Part shown: positions 1-12,070 of the stretch, in pieces
How positions within the stretch are numbered: position 1 is the stretch's first letter
Layout of the letters: each line of letters starts with the position of its first letter
Assembly: GCA_013265495.1 (NCBI GenBank)
Contig: MU058718.1
Location: 2,278,701-2,298,700, forward strand
Reading direction: 5' to 3'
Origin: Vicugna vicugna
Lineage: Eukaryota
Length of the DNA stretch: 20,000 bases
The notes under the pieces: model-generated
What the model was told of the DNA's origin: nothing
What the model saw: the letters and a program-made list of their open reading frames with translations, nothing else
Databases searched by the model: none
Position numbers and translations under genes: made by a program

Positions 1-489
1 GGAACAGTGTATTTGATTGTATTTCTATACAAATGATAAAGTTTACATGCAGTTATCTCTCAACAGAAGTCAAAAGCATAGGGTTAAAGTATATAAAGGT
101 AGTTCTGGTGTGCTAGAATGATGCAATCCGAATATGATGCTTTTTTTTTTCACATTGATTGCTACTAAGCCTTTGCAGTCAGGTGTTAGTTCCTCTTCTT
201 TTTTTGTTTATTTTTGTTTTTGCAGACATCCGTATGATAGTTGCTGGATTTTCAACATCTGTTGAGTGAGAAAATGTTTAACAATAACAGGCAGCTATGA
301 ATCCATTAACATTTTAATGTACATTTGCATTTTAATCATAAACGCTAACTACTAACATTTGCTGAGCACTTACTTTGTATCAGATATTTATTTGTTGTTC
401 CTATAGATTCTAATATTTGAAGACTAACGTGAGTTCCATGAGGGCTGAAATGTCTCTTTTATCCACTGGGGTATCTTTCAGGCCCCTCT

Positions 490-1052
490 ACTGGAAAGTT
501 ACTATATTTTCCTTTGTGACTAAAAAATAATCTTGCGGGGATATACTTTAAAACTTTGTAAATGTCCCGTTTCTCATTATACATTTGCACACCAGTTTCA
601 GAATACACTGCCTCAAAGAGCTATTACAGTGTTGGTTGCTGAGTGGAAATTTTCTAACTCCATTATTCCTTCTACCTTTATTAGTTGGCATACTACTATA
701 AGAGCTTTTCCTTCTCATTTATTTATCAGTATGGATGGTTGAGTTCTTATTTCACTCAATGGATTATAATGTTACTGTCATTAGTTTGCTCAAATTGTCC
801 CAGATTTGGTCATTGTGAGCCCCTTCATTCTGACTCTCATGTCCTTTTGATATGTCTCCATCATTTTTTGAGTATGTTCTTTTGACACAAAATGTTCCCA
901 GCCTCATTCCTAGAATCAGCCATTTCTCCAAGAAGTCCAGGTTCCTTTTAGTGGGACATTGAATTTAGAAGCCAAGATCTAGGGGTTCGGAGTGTTTTTA
1001 GTTCCTGAAGTGTTCTTACTTCTCAACTATTTTGCTGACAGAGCTAAAATAT
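490..1052 (-). mobile_element. Ancient L1 3' region fragment (L1MC4/L1MC5-like)
   Basis: Recalled diagnostic segments: ccattattccttctacctttattagttggca, gctcaaattgtcccagatttgg, gaatcagccatttctccaagaagtcc and gaagccaagatctagg. Confidence 0.7.
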
Positions 1053-2552
1053 AGATATATCTATATATGTATGTATATAAATATAACTTTAATAAAATGA
1101 CAGTGCGAAAAAGTAGTATTGCTAAATTAATGTATTTATTTTATGTACTTTAAACGTTTATAGTTAAAACAACTAAATATTATAGGTCACCATTAATATT
1201 ACATCCCAAGTATACTTACAGTGGTTAAAAAAACTTTATTTAGGTAAATGATTATTTCCTTATATTTGAGATTGCCGTATATTCAGAAGGAGAAGAATGT
1301 GCCTGGTTTTAAACATTCAGAGGAGGATTTGCACTGATTTAGTGGGAATGGATATGCATCTGAGGTCTGCAGTTTTAAATATCCTCATCCCACAAATAAC
1401 TTAGGGTTTATGTCCAAGTGGATTCATGAAGAGCCTTTCAAGAAACATTCATGAGTTTAGGGTCTTCTGCATGAGGAAATTACGTGGAAATATTAGAGTA
1501 ATTTTCCACTATTACTTACCAAAAAAAGAAGCTGAAACTGATTCCATTATGTCATTGCTTTAGACAATAGTCATCCATTATTGACCAGAATTTAGAGAAT
1601 TTCTCTTAGAAATCAAAGTATAGGCATTCAGTTCTTTCTAGTTGCTTAGTTTTCTTATGAATCTTTTCTACTGTGGTATAGCACAGGCAAAAGAAAATAC
1701 TTTCATGGGTTACTAGTTTCTCATTTAAATTTATGATTATAAATGAGCTCTCAATGCTTCTGCTGGTGGACTGTGCCATTCCAGTAAGTTGGCTTTTCTA
1801 CAGTGTTTCTCAGTCTTGTGGAAAGTACGTATCCTTTTTAAAGAAAACAATCTTGCGGTTTCCAGTGTTACTAATGTTGATGCTCACATCACGAATATAG
1901 TGCTGACTGCTAAGTTACAGATCTTTTGGGTTCAGCATACCCAGACTACTAGTGCTTTATGATTCATTTTTTCCATCATTGTTTTTCTATTTGAATTGCT
2001 GTGAACCTTTTATGTAGTGAGCTGAGCTATCACCTTGGCCTTTAGTTGGCAAGAACACATCATTTGTAAGAGCCCACCTCTGCTCTTTTCTTACTAGTCT
2101 GCAGCTGCTAATTCAGACTTGCTTCTTGGTCATAAGATCCAGAATATGCTATTATTTATGAGTATATTCAGAAATCTATAGAATAATAGTTTTTATTTTG
2201 AATATGTATATCCTAACAAATCAGAGAAGAATTATACCCAAATTAATCAAAGTCCAAAAGTAACAAAAACACATTACAGAAAATACAGGAAATAAAAGAA
2301 GACACAAATCCCTCTTAAGTGTAGAACCCTAACACGGACACTGTTAGAGGACTAGAATTTCCAGTCTTCTATTTTTTCTATGTATATAGGCACTTTCAGA
2401 TTTTGTGGTTATAACGTACCTGCTTTTATTTCCAGGCTACATATAGGACAGCTGTCTCCATTTACCATGCCTTAGGAGTAAATTAAAAAGCAACAAATGT
2501 TTATTTAGTAATTCTCTATGATTAGAGTCCTATAAATTACAATTATCAATTA

Positions 2553-2617
2553 CAGTTGACCCTTGAAAATTAGGAGGTTAAGGGTACCAACCCCTTGCGC
2601 AGTCGAAAATCCCCATA
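2553..2617. mobile_element. Tigger2-type (TcMar) terminal fragment
   Basis: TA followed by the TIR CAGTTGACCCTTGAA, then ggttaaggg...gcgcagtcgaaaatcc. Same TIR as the element at 13990-14183. Confidence 0.75.
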
Positions 2618-2789
2618 CTGCTTGCCGTCTCTGCCTCAAAAACAAAGGAATTGATAAATGACTTAACCAAGGACAGGAAGCGGCAACAGTTTGGATAGAA
2701 TCAGGACTCCAACCCTACTGTAAATCTGTTCATCAGTAATTCAACTGCATAAAAAGTTTCAGATTTTTGTCTTGTCTATGTATTTATAG

Positions 2790-2874
2790 CAAAAGAAGAG
2801 TTCACTGAAGCAGGAAAGCACCTAAAAGGATGTGTTATCACTGGAGTTTATTCTGAAGAAGATATTTTGATACT
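2790..2874 (+). CDS. TXNDC16: TXNDC16/ERp90 internal coding exon (85 nt): (A)[27 protein letters not shown](L)
   Basis: Acceptor tatttatAG|c at 2788-2789 and donor ct|GTAAGT at 2875. Translation matches recalled human AKEDFSEAGNYLKGYVITGIYSEEDVLLL. Phase 2 end fits the next exon. Too short for the ORF track. Confidence 0.93.
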
Positions 2875-3949
2875 GTAAGTTTATTGGTCTTTTAATTTTA
2901 GGGAGGAAAAAGTTTGCAAAATAATACATTGCTTGTCTCTACACAGTTGGTGAAGAAAAACAGCAACATAACTAAATTTTTAATTTTTTTCTATGGATAT
3001 CTAGGAAGTACCACCTGGCTGTTTAGAATTTTCAGATATTCAAAATTCTACTTTAGGCTAGAGCTCCTCACTGGGGCAACCTTGGATTCATACTATTTCA
3101 TCTTTCTATAAAATTTTTCCTCTTGGGTTCTATTACTTGCAATTTTAATTCTTTTGGGTTGTCATAGTGTTCTGAGGAATTTTACTTCTTGAGTGTGTGG
3201 GTTTTGATTTGCCACAGAGGTCTATAGAAAAATCAGAGGTGTACCTGATAGTTCTACTTAATTTTGTTATTGCAGACATACACTTAAGCAGTACTGTCAC
3301 TTAAGTTGCTTTATTTGTAGAATTTGGGGCTCCAGTGAACTATCAAATAATTTTAGCTGCTGCAGAATGAAGGACTGAACTGAAAATTTGGAGATTATTA
3401 ATACACATTACATTCTGCATTAATGACTCATCTTCAGATGCACATGGAGTTGTTAAGCCCAGTGGTTTGTCTTACCGTCTGACCATATTATTTCTAATTG
3501 TGATCTCTGAGCTTAAATCTTTCATCCTGAACACGGGTGACATAGACTTTTGGTGATCAAGCACCTGTTCTATCCATGAAACCAGTGACTTTTGAAAAGT
3601 AAATATTGAACTCCAGATCTTTAGGAAATGTAATACCTGCTCACTGGACACACGGACAGTCACCCACTGTCTTCTAGACCAGTAGTTTTCAGAGTATGTT
3701 TTGTTCATAAACAACTGGTCAACTAAGAGGGTCCTCTGGGTAATCTGAACTGGGCTCTCTACTAATGCTTATAGTATTATGCCTACACTTTGTTTTAGCA
3801 TGAATTAAGTTTTTACATGATAATAAATGTGACCACCTCACTGGTAATTTTATGCAAAGTCTTTTTTTTTTTCTCCTTATTTAGTGGTTTTCTTTAGGTT
3901 TAGTTTGCGAAAGTAGTGGTAGGAAGAGGCAGATCTGGACTCTGTTTCA

Positions 3950-4131
3950 GTACAGAGCACAGGCTCTGTATCTGGAATACCTCAGATTGAATTCTGTCTC
4001 TGCTGTTTATCACCTTCTAAGTCCTCATCTGTTAAATGGGGGTTATAGGGCTGTTCTGAGTGTTAAATAAAAACTTAACTAGAAGCACCTGGTTTAGTGC
4101 CTGGCAAATAATAGGCCCATTCTAATAAATG
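3950..4131 (+). mobile_element. MIR SINE
   Basis: Matches agagcacaggctctg, the core cctcatctgttaaatgggg, and the 3' tagtgcctggca...aataaatg. Confidence 0.7.
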
Positions 4132-4272
4132 CCTGTCTCCTTGCTCAGTAGTTCTGTGAGCAGTCCAAAAAGTTGAGAACCATTCAGTGTGTTCCTAATC
4201 CTATTTAGACATTGTCTTGATGATTAAATTGTCTAGAAAAAAAATCTGGCTAGATTACTGTCTGTTGCTTTC

Positions 4273-4408
4273 TCTTTAATTACTTATTTTGTGTGTGTGG
4301 GATAATTAGATTTATTTATTTTTATTTTTAAATGGAGGTACTAGGGATTGAACCCGGGACCTTATGCGTGCCAAGCACTCACTCTGCCATGGAGCTGTGC
4401 TCTCCCCC
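4273..4408 (-). mobile_element. tRNA-derived SINE of camelid type with target-site duplication
   Basis: The minus strand has an A-box-like cagctccatgg, the B-box GGTTCAATCCC and an A-rich tail. Flanked by the direct repeat ctgttgctttc at 4262-4272 and 4409-4419. Confidence 0.85.
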
Positions 4409-4624
4409 CTGTTGCTTTCCTTTATCTAGGTTATCAAAGCTCTTGAACTTGCTCAAAATAGCCTCACATAGAAGATAAGTTTATCTGAAAATGGTGTTCA
4501 TTTTTTCCTTAGTAGTAGGGCTTTTCATTTGCTGCCTCTACTGTGACCGCTTGGTCGAATTGTTCATGTTTTTGATGACTTGCTGTATTTCAGTTGGAAA
4601 TTTTAATACTACGTTTCTCCATAG

Positions 4625-4763
4625 GTCAGATAAATACGCTGTAACTCTTCCAGCCCTGCTGCTTGCCAGACACCAAGAAGGCAAAATAGAGAGCATTCCA
4701 TTAGCGAACGCCCATGCGCAAGACATAGTTCAAATAATAACAAATGCATTACTGGAAACATTT
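4625..4763 (+). CDS. TXNDC16: TXNDC16 internal coding exon (139 nt): [46 protein letters not shown]
   Basis: Acceptor tttctccatAG|g and donor ttt|GTGAGT. Lies within ORF 4491..4796. Matches recalled human [46 protein letters not shown]. Confidence 0.95.
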
Positions 4764-5037
4764 GTGAGTATATTTTATAATATGAGTGCTATTTGAAATA
4801 AGAAAACCTAGATCAGTTAAAGATAGTGTATTTTAATGCATGATTTTGCAGCTTTTGTTGCCACAGGATGTGATGTTTTGTGAGCTGAAGATTCAGGGGG
4901 TTGCTGTTTTATTTTTTCACTCATTATGCATACAGCTTCTCCAGTCCACTGCCAAAATTTTACATGTCTTGGATTATTTTTATTGCTGAGATGACTGTGG
5001 CTGATGGCCAGTTAAAGTACTTAATCTAGGTTGAAAC

Positions 5038-5280
5038 TTGGTACAAAGCCCATGGATTCCAGAGAGCAGGCTGCCCCGCTTCAAATCCTTGCTTGACTCC
5101 TTACTGGCCTGTATGTAGATGTCTCTGTGCCTCAGTTTCCACAGATGTAAAGTGTAGATGATGGTATAGCACCTGCTGCAGAGGGTGATTATAAGGACTG
5201 AATGAGATCTGTGTTCATTGCTCTGTGTGTGGTGTTTGGATCCTGGTAAACTTGGAACAAATGTTAGCTAGTATTATTGT
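5038..5280 (+). mobile_element. MIR SINE (near full length)
   Basis: ttcaaatcc B-box remnant, core tctctgtgcctcagtttcc..tgtaaagtg, and tail aaatgttagctagtattatt. Confidence 0.8.
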
Positions 5281-5729
5281 TTATGTAGTTTTAGAGCAAA
5301 ACACTGTCTTCAGGAAGTCTTTTTCCAGTGCTTACTTTGTATAATAGTGAATTCAAGGGCACAACAGATGTAACCTGCATTTCTTGATTTCAGTTGTTTT
5401 ACATTAGTATTAAGTATAGCTAGAATATTATAAATTTATACTTTTTACATTTCTGAAGTGTCATAGGAGCACTGTTATCAGCTATAAATTCTGAATGAAT
5501 ATCCTCCTGTTATAGTTTTTTGTCATAATGAGCTAAATGACATTACATTTTAGGCTCAAATATAAATGAATGTATTCTTTAAGTCTTTTTATGATCTCAG
5601 TTCCATTCCCTCCCCTCCCCCATTAAAGAATATGAAAGGCTCTACCATTTTCCATTTTTAGTTCCACATCTATTAAGTCACCTTCTGGATGTACCTGTGA
5701 GCTAGATTAAATCATCTTGTATCAGGTAA

Positions 5730-5835
5730 CTAATCCCCAGATGACATGAGGAAACCAATGAAAAGAAGCTGACTTGCTGAAGTCACACAGCTGAGCAGGA
5801 GAAAAGAACTGAATGAAACTAGCACCCAGGCATCC
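5730..5835 (-). mobile_element. MIR fragment
   Basis: atgaggaaac...tgacttgctgaagtcacacagct resembles the reverse MIR core. Confidence 0.6.
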
Positions 5836-6722
5836 TTGTTCACCAGCTGCCCCTTTCATTGGATCTCACTTGAAATCCAAATGAATAATTTTATTTTCTT
5901 TATAGTGCCAACCACCTCTGATCCATCCTCAAACACCAAATTCTGGCATATAATTTTCCCTACCTATCCTCAAAGCCACTTTCCTCTGCCAGTTCTCATT
6001 GTTATTCACTCTTTACCACTCAAAATCCTCTTCTCCCACCTTCCTCTTTTATGACTTAAATCTTAGATCCTACCTCCTCCAAACTCCCCTGTATTGTCTT
6101 GTGGTAACTATTATCTTTTATCTTCTACACGAGTTATGTCCCTTTCCTAAAACTGACACATCTGATCAAGCCAGCAGCTCTTACCCGGAGCAGATCTGAT
6201 GACCCAGGTGCAATGGAGCCACCACTCCTCAATTCCAAACTTTATTGAGCTTCAAGAGCTTATGTTGGGCACTGAGTCAAAAAGAAATAAGATGTTAAAA
6301 GATTATATCTTTAAAGCTCAGCTTATATTTTTTTCAAAAATTTTGTGTTAGAGGAAAAATTTATAACAAGAGTTTTGTTTGTCACATGCATATTGGCCAG
6401 TCTGGTCCAGATTTTAGCATAAGAAATTATTAGAAGTGCTACATCCTTGTAAAACAGGGGACTCCATTACGGTTTATTTTCAAATTCTATTAGCAGTTTT
6501 ATTTTGAAAATAACCCATTATTAAGACAAGGTGGGCTTAAATAAAAAAAAACTCTTGAGTTTGATAGTTGCTAACCACAATAACAAAATCTCCACTTAAA
6601 TGAAAATAGGTTTGAAATACGTTTTACAAACTAAAATTGCAAGAATGATTTGAACGTTATTTTCTGTTTTATACTTCATCGTTCCCCATATTTTGTTTGT
6701 TTTTGTTTTTGTTTTTAAACAG

Positions 6723-6883
6723 CCAGAAATTACTGTGGAAAATCTTCCCACTTATTTAAGACTTAAGAAACCGTTACTTATTTTATTCAGTGATGGCAGC
6801 ATAAATCCTCAGCATAAAAAAGCCATATTGACACTGGTAAAAGAGAAACACTTGGATTCACTTACCCCTTGCTGGTTAAATAT
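6723..6883 (+). CDS. TXNDC16: TXNDC16 internal coding exon (161 nt): [53 protein letters not shown]
   Basis: GT-rich pyrimidine tract, acceptor aacAG|cca and donor at|GTAAGT. Phase 0 in, phase 2 out. The thioredoxin-like b-domain motif ITVENL...KPLLILF matches TXNDC16. Confidence 0.95.
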
Positions 6884-7119
6884 GTAAGTATATTTTTAAT
6901 TTTTTTTTTACTATGTTAATGGTAAAGTACAATTATTATTAAATTTTCATTAGGAAATGAAATGCTCTAAACTTCACATTTAGAGTTAATATTATGGAAC
7001 CAATGTATATGTCATCATGATATTAGTAACTAAACTCCCTCAGATGGTCTAAGATAACCTTGTTTTAGATTGAATTCTGTTTTATAATAAATTACTTTTT
7101 TTTTCTGTGTGGTACTGTC

Positions 7120-8280
7120 TTTTTGGTTTTATTGAGGTATAATTAACAAATAAAATTGTAAGATATTTACAGTGTACACTGTGATGATTTGATATATGTA
7201 TGCATTGTGAAAAGTGTCTTCCATCTAGTTAACTTACATCCATCACCTCACATATTTGTTTTATATATGTACATTTTGGGGTGGGGGGATAAGAACATTT
7301 AAGTTCTGCTCTCTTAGCAAATTTCAACGATATAGTAGTGTTATTAACTATAGTCACCATGATATACATTAAATCCTCAGACCTAATTCATCTTGCAGTT
7401 GAAAAGTCTATATTCCTTTACCAATCTCTCCATATTTCCTCCACTACAGTCCTTGGCAACTTTTCTACTCTTTTTATAAGCTTGACCTTTTGAAAAAGAT
7501 TCCACATATAAGTGATACTAATATGTAGTATTTGTCTTTCTCTTTTTGGTTTATTTCACTTAGCATAATGCCCTCAAGTTCCATCCATATTGTAGCAAAT
7601 AGCAGGATATCCCTTTTCATGGTTGAGTAATATTCCATTGTATGTAACTGTGTGTATGTGTATATATACATATACATATACATATACCCACATATTTTTA
7701 TCCATTCATCTTTTCACACTTTGGTTATTTCTATATCCTGTCTATTATGAATAATGCTGCAATGAACATGGGAGTGCAGATATCTCTTCAATATTCTATT
7801 TTCATTTCCTTTTCAATATATTCCTAGAAGTGGAATTGCTGGATCCTATGGTAGTTCTATTTTTAATTTTTGAGTAACCACTGTACTGTTTTTCATGGTG
7901 CCTGCACCAGTTTACATTCCCACCAACAGTGCAAAAGGGTTCCCTTTTCTCTACATCCTTGCCAACACTTATTTGTTGTCTTTTTGATAATAGCTATTCT
8001 GACAGATGTGAGGTGATACTTCATTGTGATTTTGATTTGCATTTCCCTGATGACTAGTGATGCTGAGCATCTTTTCATGTACCTTTTGGTTATTTGTATG
8101 CTTTCTTTGCAGAAATGTCTTTTCAGTTCTGTGCTTTTTAAATTGGATTATTTGTTATTTTGTCATTGAGTTTTATGAGTTCTTTAGTTATTTTGGATAT
8201 CAATCCCTTATTCATTTTTAGTTTGATGTTTTCCCACTTGTTTATTTTTGCTTTTGTTGCTTTTGTTTTTGGTGTCATTC
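7120..8280 (-). mobile_element. 5'-truncated L1 (L1MA-like): ORF2 C-terminus and 3' UTR
   Basis: Minus-strand ORFs [16 protein letters not shown]...CWWECKLVQ and MEYYS...FATIWMELEGIMLSEINQKEKDKY are hallmark L1 ORF2 end translations. T-rich tail at about 7120. Confidence 0.93.
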
Positions 8281-8528
8281 AGTAAACTTTTTAAAGTAAT
8301 AATTTTTCTGATTTTAAAAGTAATGGATATTCATTGAGGAAAATTTGGCAAAGCAAACAGAAAAGTAAACATTGTGATATTTTGGTATTTTTCTTTAGTT
8401 CCTTTTTCTATATTTCTCTGTTTTTAAAATGCAGTCTAAAATGTTACAAAAAGTTTCCAGTGAATTTGCCAACAGTATTTCCTGGTGTGTTTTCTAGATG
8501 TATGGTTTGTTATATTTAATGTCTCTGA

Positions 8529-8557
8529 ACACAACACACACACTCACACACACACAC
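8529..8557. repeat. Imperfect (CA)n microsatellite
   Basis: acacaacacacacactcacacacacacac. Confidence 0.8.
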
Positions 8558-9399
8558 TATTATTCAAATTCATCAGATGGAAGACATTTTTAACTCATTT
8601 AAGAAATTATAAGAGCAGAGTACATTTTTGCTGTGAAGAGCTAACAGTACAGCCTGTTACTTGAGACAGAAGTTTCCCAGGTAATTATCCTTGTCACTAT
8701 CAATAAAGTAGTACGTTCCATAATGTGGGATGCACTGTATTAGGAAGACTAGTTGTCTTAAACTTAGTTTCCCTGTATGAACATACTTTAAAAAAATCTT
8801 TCTTATCTTGAAATTAATCCTGAGGAAAGACAATTTTATTTGGAAAAGGAGTATTATAAGTCTCTTGTTATTTTATAGTTTGTACTCGTTTAATTTTTGA
8901 GCTGACTTGTGATCAGATACTTGACTAAATTTTGAAAGGAACCGATTGATTATATCAAGCTGAAATTGAGAAGCCTTTGGACTACATTTTTCATTAAAAC
9001 TCTCATCGGCTGCCTTTTTTCATAAGAGAAACACAGTGCCCCATGTTAAAAGAAACTTTTAAGACACTGATTACTAATAAGATAACATATCCACACCTGA
9101 TCAAAAGGCAAGGTTATCTTACTTATTAAAACACCAACAGGAAGCAACAATATGTTAATCTTAATATAAGACACTGAGGGAAACCAAAAACAGTATTTTA
9201 CATACCACTCCACTGTGCCTGGATATAACCCATGGGCTATAGACACATGAGTTTCTGTCAAGACCTCTTGATTTTTAAGACATCTTTTGATAAACATACT
9301 GGCATGATATATTTCAAGGTTAATGTTTTATGCACTATTGTTATTATTTTGTTATAGAAAGAAACATTAATTAACATGTTCAATTGCTCCCTTTTATAG

Positions 9400-9590
9400 A
9401 AAGAACACTCCTGTGGGGAGAGGAATCTTGCAGGCGTATTTTGACACTCTGCCCCCGCTTCCTCTTCTTGTTGTGGTGAATCTGCATTCAGGTGGCCAAG
9501 TATTTGCATTTCCTTCAGACCAGGCTATAAGTGAACAAAACCTTCTACTGTGGCTGAAAAAAGTTGAAGCAGGACTAGAAAGCCACATCA
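9400..9590 (+). CDS. TXNDC16: TXNDC16 penultimate coding exon (191 nt): [63 protein letters not shown]
   Basis: Acceptor cccttttatAG|a and donor ca|GTAAGT. Frame is continuous with both flanking exons. Matches recalled human sequence. Confidence 0.95.
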
Positions 9591-9785
9591 GTAAGTATTC
9601 TGTTTTAATATGCACAATTCTATATCTTGTTTCATGTTTTTCTAGCTAATGAATGCTAGAAATGACTTGAACTGTAGTATTTGTAAGTATGCTAATGAGT
9701 AATATGCTGATAGCGTTGTCCATGGGACAGTCTCCTATATGGTGGGTATTACCCATTGAAAATAAGTGCCATCATATAAAATTCA

Positions 9786-9998
9786 ATAGTAATAACATTT
9801 ATTGAATGCTCACGAGGTGTCTAGCACAGTGCTGCGTGATTCACTTGCAAGATCTCATCCTCTGGAGAGTCGTATGAAGTATGATTACTTGTAGAAGAGT
9901 TAAGTAACTAGTTCAAAGTCATATAATTAACCAGTAAATGAGGAAGCTTGGATTCCAGCCTGGCTGTCTTGTGTTCCAGAGCCAGAATTTTGAACCAC
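9786..9998 (-). mobile_element. MIR SINE
   Basis: aataacatttattgaatgctcac...cacagtgct, agagttaagtaactagttcaaagtcata and ccagagcc match reverse MIR. Confidence 0.75.
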
Positions 9999-10584
9999 AG
10001 GAAGATAAATCTTGGCCCAGAATTTACGATGCTGGCTTATGACATGCTGTAGTCCCTGTTTCTAAAACCTATGTGGACTTATACCTGTGGTATAGATGTG
10101 TATGTTAACTTAGATACAATTGTGGCAACACCAGGTCTGTTGCTATAATTTAAATAAGTTAACATGTAATAAGCTAAATCATTAGTTGTTGAGGAAATAG
10201 TGTAAAATTTGATGTAATGAAAAGTTTCCTAAGATACTTCTAAGGATTTTGTTACTGGAAACCAGATGAACTATATTATAACATTTGGACCCTGTTCATA
10301 ACCGAGTTCTGAAAAAAGGGTTGTGTGTGTGTGTAAAATATAATTGTATATACACACCCAGTTCTGGTGTGTAAACTCCAATTCAGTGCTACATTGTCTC
10401 TCAGCCAAGATGCATCCTGTGACTCTTATCGTTATGTGTATTTGTGTATATTTAATCAGATTCTTGAATTTTTTAAAGTGCCGATCACTGCAGCACACCT
10501 GTTCTTCCCAGGTGGTCTGCCTGCTTCATTCCTGTTAGGCAGTTTTAACTAAGTTATTGTGTTTAAATAGTCTATAGGCAGTAT

Positions 10585-11230
10585 TTGTTTATTGAAATAA
10601 GTCATATACCATCGAATGTGCTCTTGAAGTGTATAATTCAGTGGGGGTTTTTGTTTGTTTTTTTGTTTGTTTGTTTTCTAGTATATTCACAAGGCTATGC
10701 AACCATTACCATGATTGAATTTTAGGACATTTTTATCACCCCAGGAAGAAACCCTCTCCCCATTAGCAGTCACTCTCCATTCCCCCCTCCCTTCATCCCT
10801 TGACAACCACTAATTTACCTTCCATCTTTATGCATTTGCCTCATCTGTACATTTCATATAAATGGAATAATACAACATGTGGCCCTTTGTGTCTGGCTTC
10901 TTTCACTTAGCTAGCATAGGTTTTCAAGGTTCATCCACATTAAAGTGTGAATCAGTAGTTCATTCTTTTTTATGGATGAATTAATTCCATTATATGGATA
11001 TATACCGTACTTCCTCCATTCGTCAGTTGATGGACATTGGGGTTGTCTGCTCTTTCTGGCTGTTATGAATAATGCTGCTGTGAACATTCATGTACATATT
11101 TTTATATCAAATACACAGATGCCTGTGCCACTTACCCTCTCTGTCTTGATATAGCAGCTTTTAAGTGGGGAAGTTTGATTCCTCCAACTTTTTCACTTCC
11201 AGGAAGATTTTGACTATTCTGAGTCCTTTC
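10585..11230 (-). mobile_element. L1MB-like 3' end, followed by a short ORF2-derived piece after about 11110
   Basis: gaaaccctctccccattagcagtcactc, acaaccactaatttac, catttcatataaatggaat, gtctggcttctttcacttagc and aataatgctgctgtgaacattcatgtaca. Confidence 0.85.
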
Positions 11231-11591
11231 AGATGGTATTTCTAAATCTTAATTTTCTGAGATAATTTGTTGGTGTTTTACTATTTTCCTAGGAAATGTA
11301 AAAAATTAACTGTTTTGTGTGTCATCATCTGAAAGAAGCTTTTCTGTGGCTGTCGTCACTCACTTCTGGTGTCTTCATTTTAGCCACGCCCCACGGGGTC
11401 CTGTGGGTTCTATCTCCTGAACTCTTTACTCTCCAGATAGCCTGCATTCACTGCTCTAGCTGCACTGCCATTTTACAGTGGCAGTGAGTGTTGTCATTTG
11501 CAGCTGCTGTGACACAGATGCCTTGTGGACTCTGACTGAATCAGATAGGATTATCTTTGTAGGGCGTTCCAACTGAATTGCTTTATAAAAG

Positions 11592-11810
11592 GTGGTGTGA
11601 TGTTCAAAGACACAGAAACCTGAGCTTATGACCCAGCCTCCTTGATTACTGACTGTGTGGTTTTAGGCAAGTTTTTCTTTGTTTCTGCCTCTACAGCTGT
11701 AAGATGAGATTAACAGTTCCGACTCTATGCCAGTTATGTTAAAAATCAAATAAAATTAAGTATTCAAAGACATATACTTTAAAGTGTGAAATCTGAAGCA
11801 TATTATCACT
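11592..11810 (+). mobile_element. Degenerate MIR
   Basis: ttactgactgtgtggttttaggcaagt...ctgcctc...ctgtaagatgagattaacagt. Confidence 0.6.
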
Positions 11811-12051
11811 GTTTGTGGAGAGATCCTTTCTTCCAAGAATCCTTGGGGGCTTTGACTCCTCAACTCACCATAAGAAAGAGGAAGGAATCAGAATTATTCT
11901 TCTGAGTTTCCTGAGAGACTGGTATATCTTCTGCTGCAATTATTTTAATGCCTTTGGTTTCCATTATCTCTTTATATCATTGCTCCTATTCTTGAATTAT
12001 TCCTGTTGTGCGAAATCTGTCTACTAAATGGAGAAAAGCTAACTTATCATT

Positions 12052-12070
12052 CATATATATATATATATAT
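12052..12070. repeat. (TA)n microsatellite
   Basis: catatatatatatatatat. Confidence 0.8.

Noticed and set aside
1335..1870. Short MER5/hAT-like fragments (also at about 3680, 4160 and 19490-19580)
   Set aside because: Too degenerate to name or bound reliably without an alignment.
4330..4408. tRNA gene-like sequence
   Set aside because: The A-rich tail, TSD and degenerate stems show it is a SINE, not a tRNA gene.
4591..4593. Alternative acceptor tatttcAG 31 nt upstream of the 4625 exon
   Set aside because: It would shift the frame, and the downstream AG gives the junction matching the conserved protein.
7474..8078. Two minus-strand ORFs resembling proteins
   Set aside because: They are fragments of the L1 ORF2 C-terminus, not host genes.
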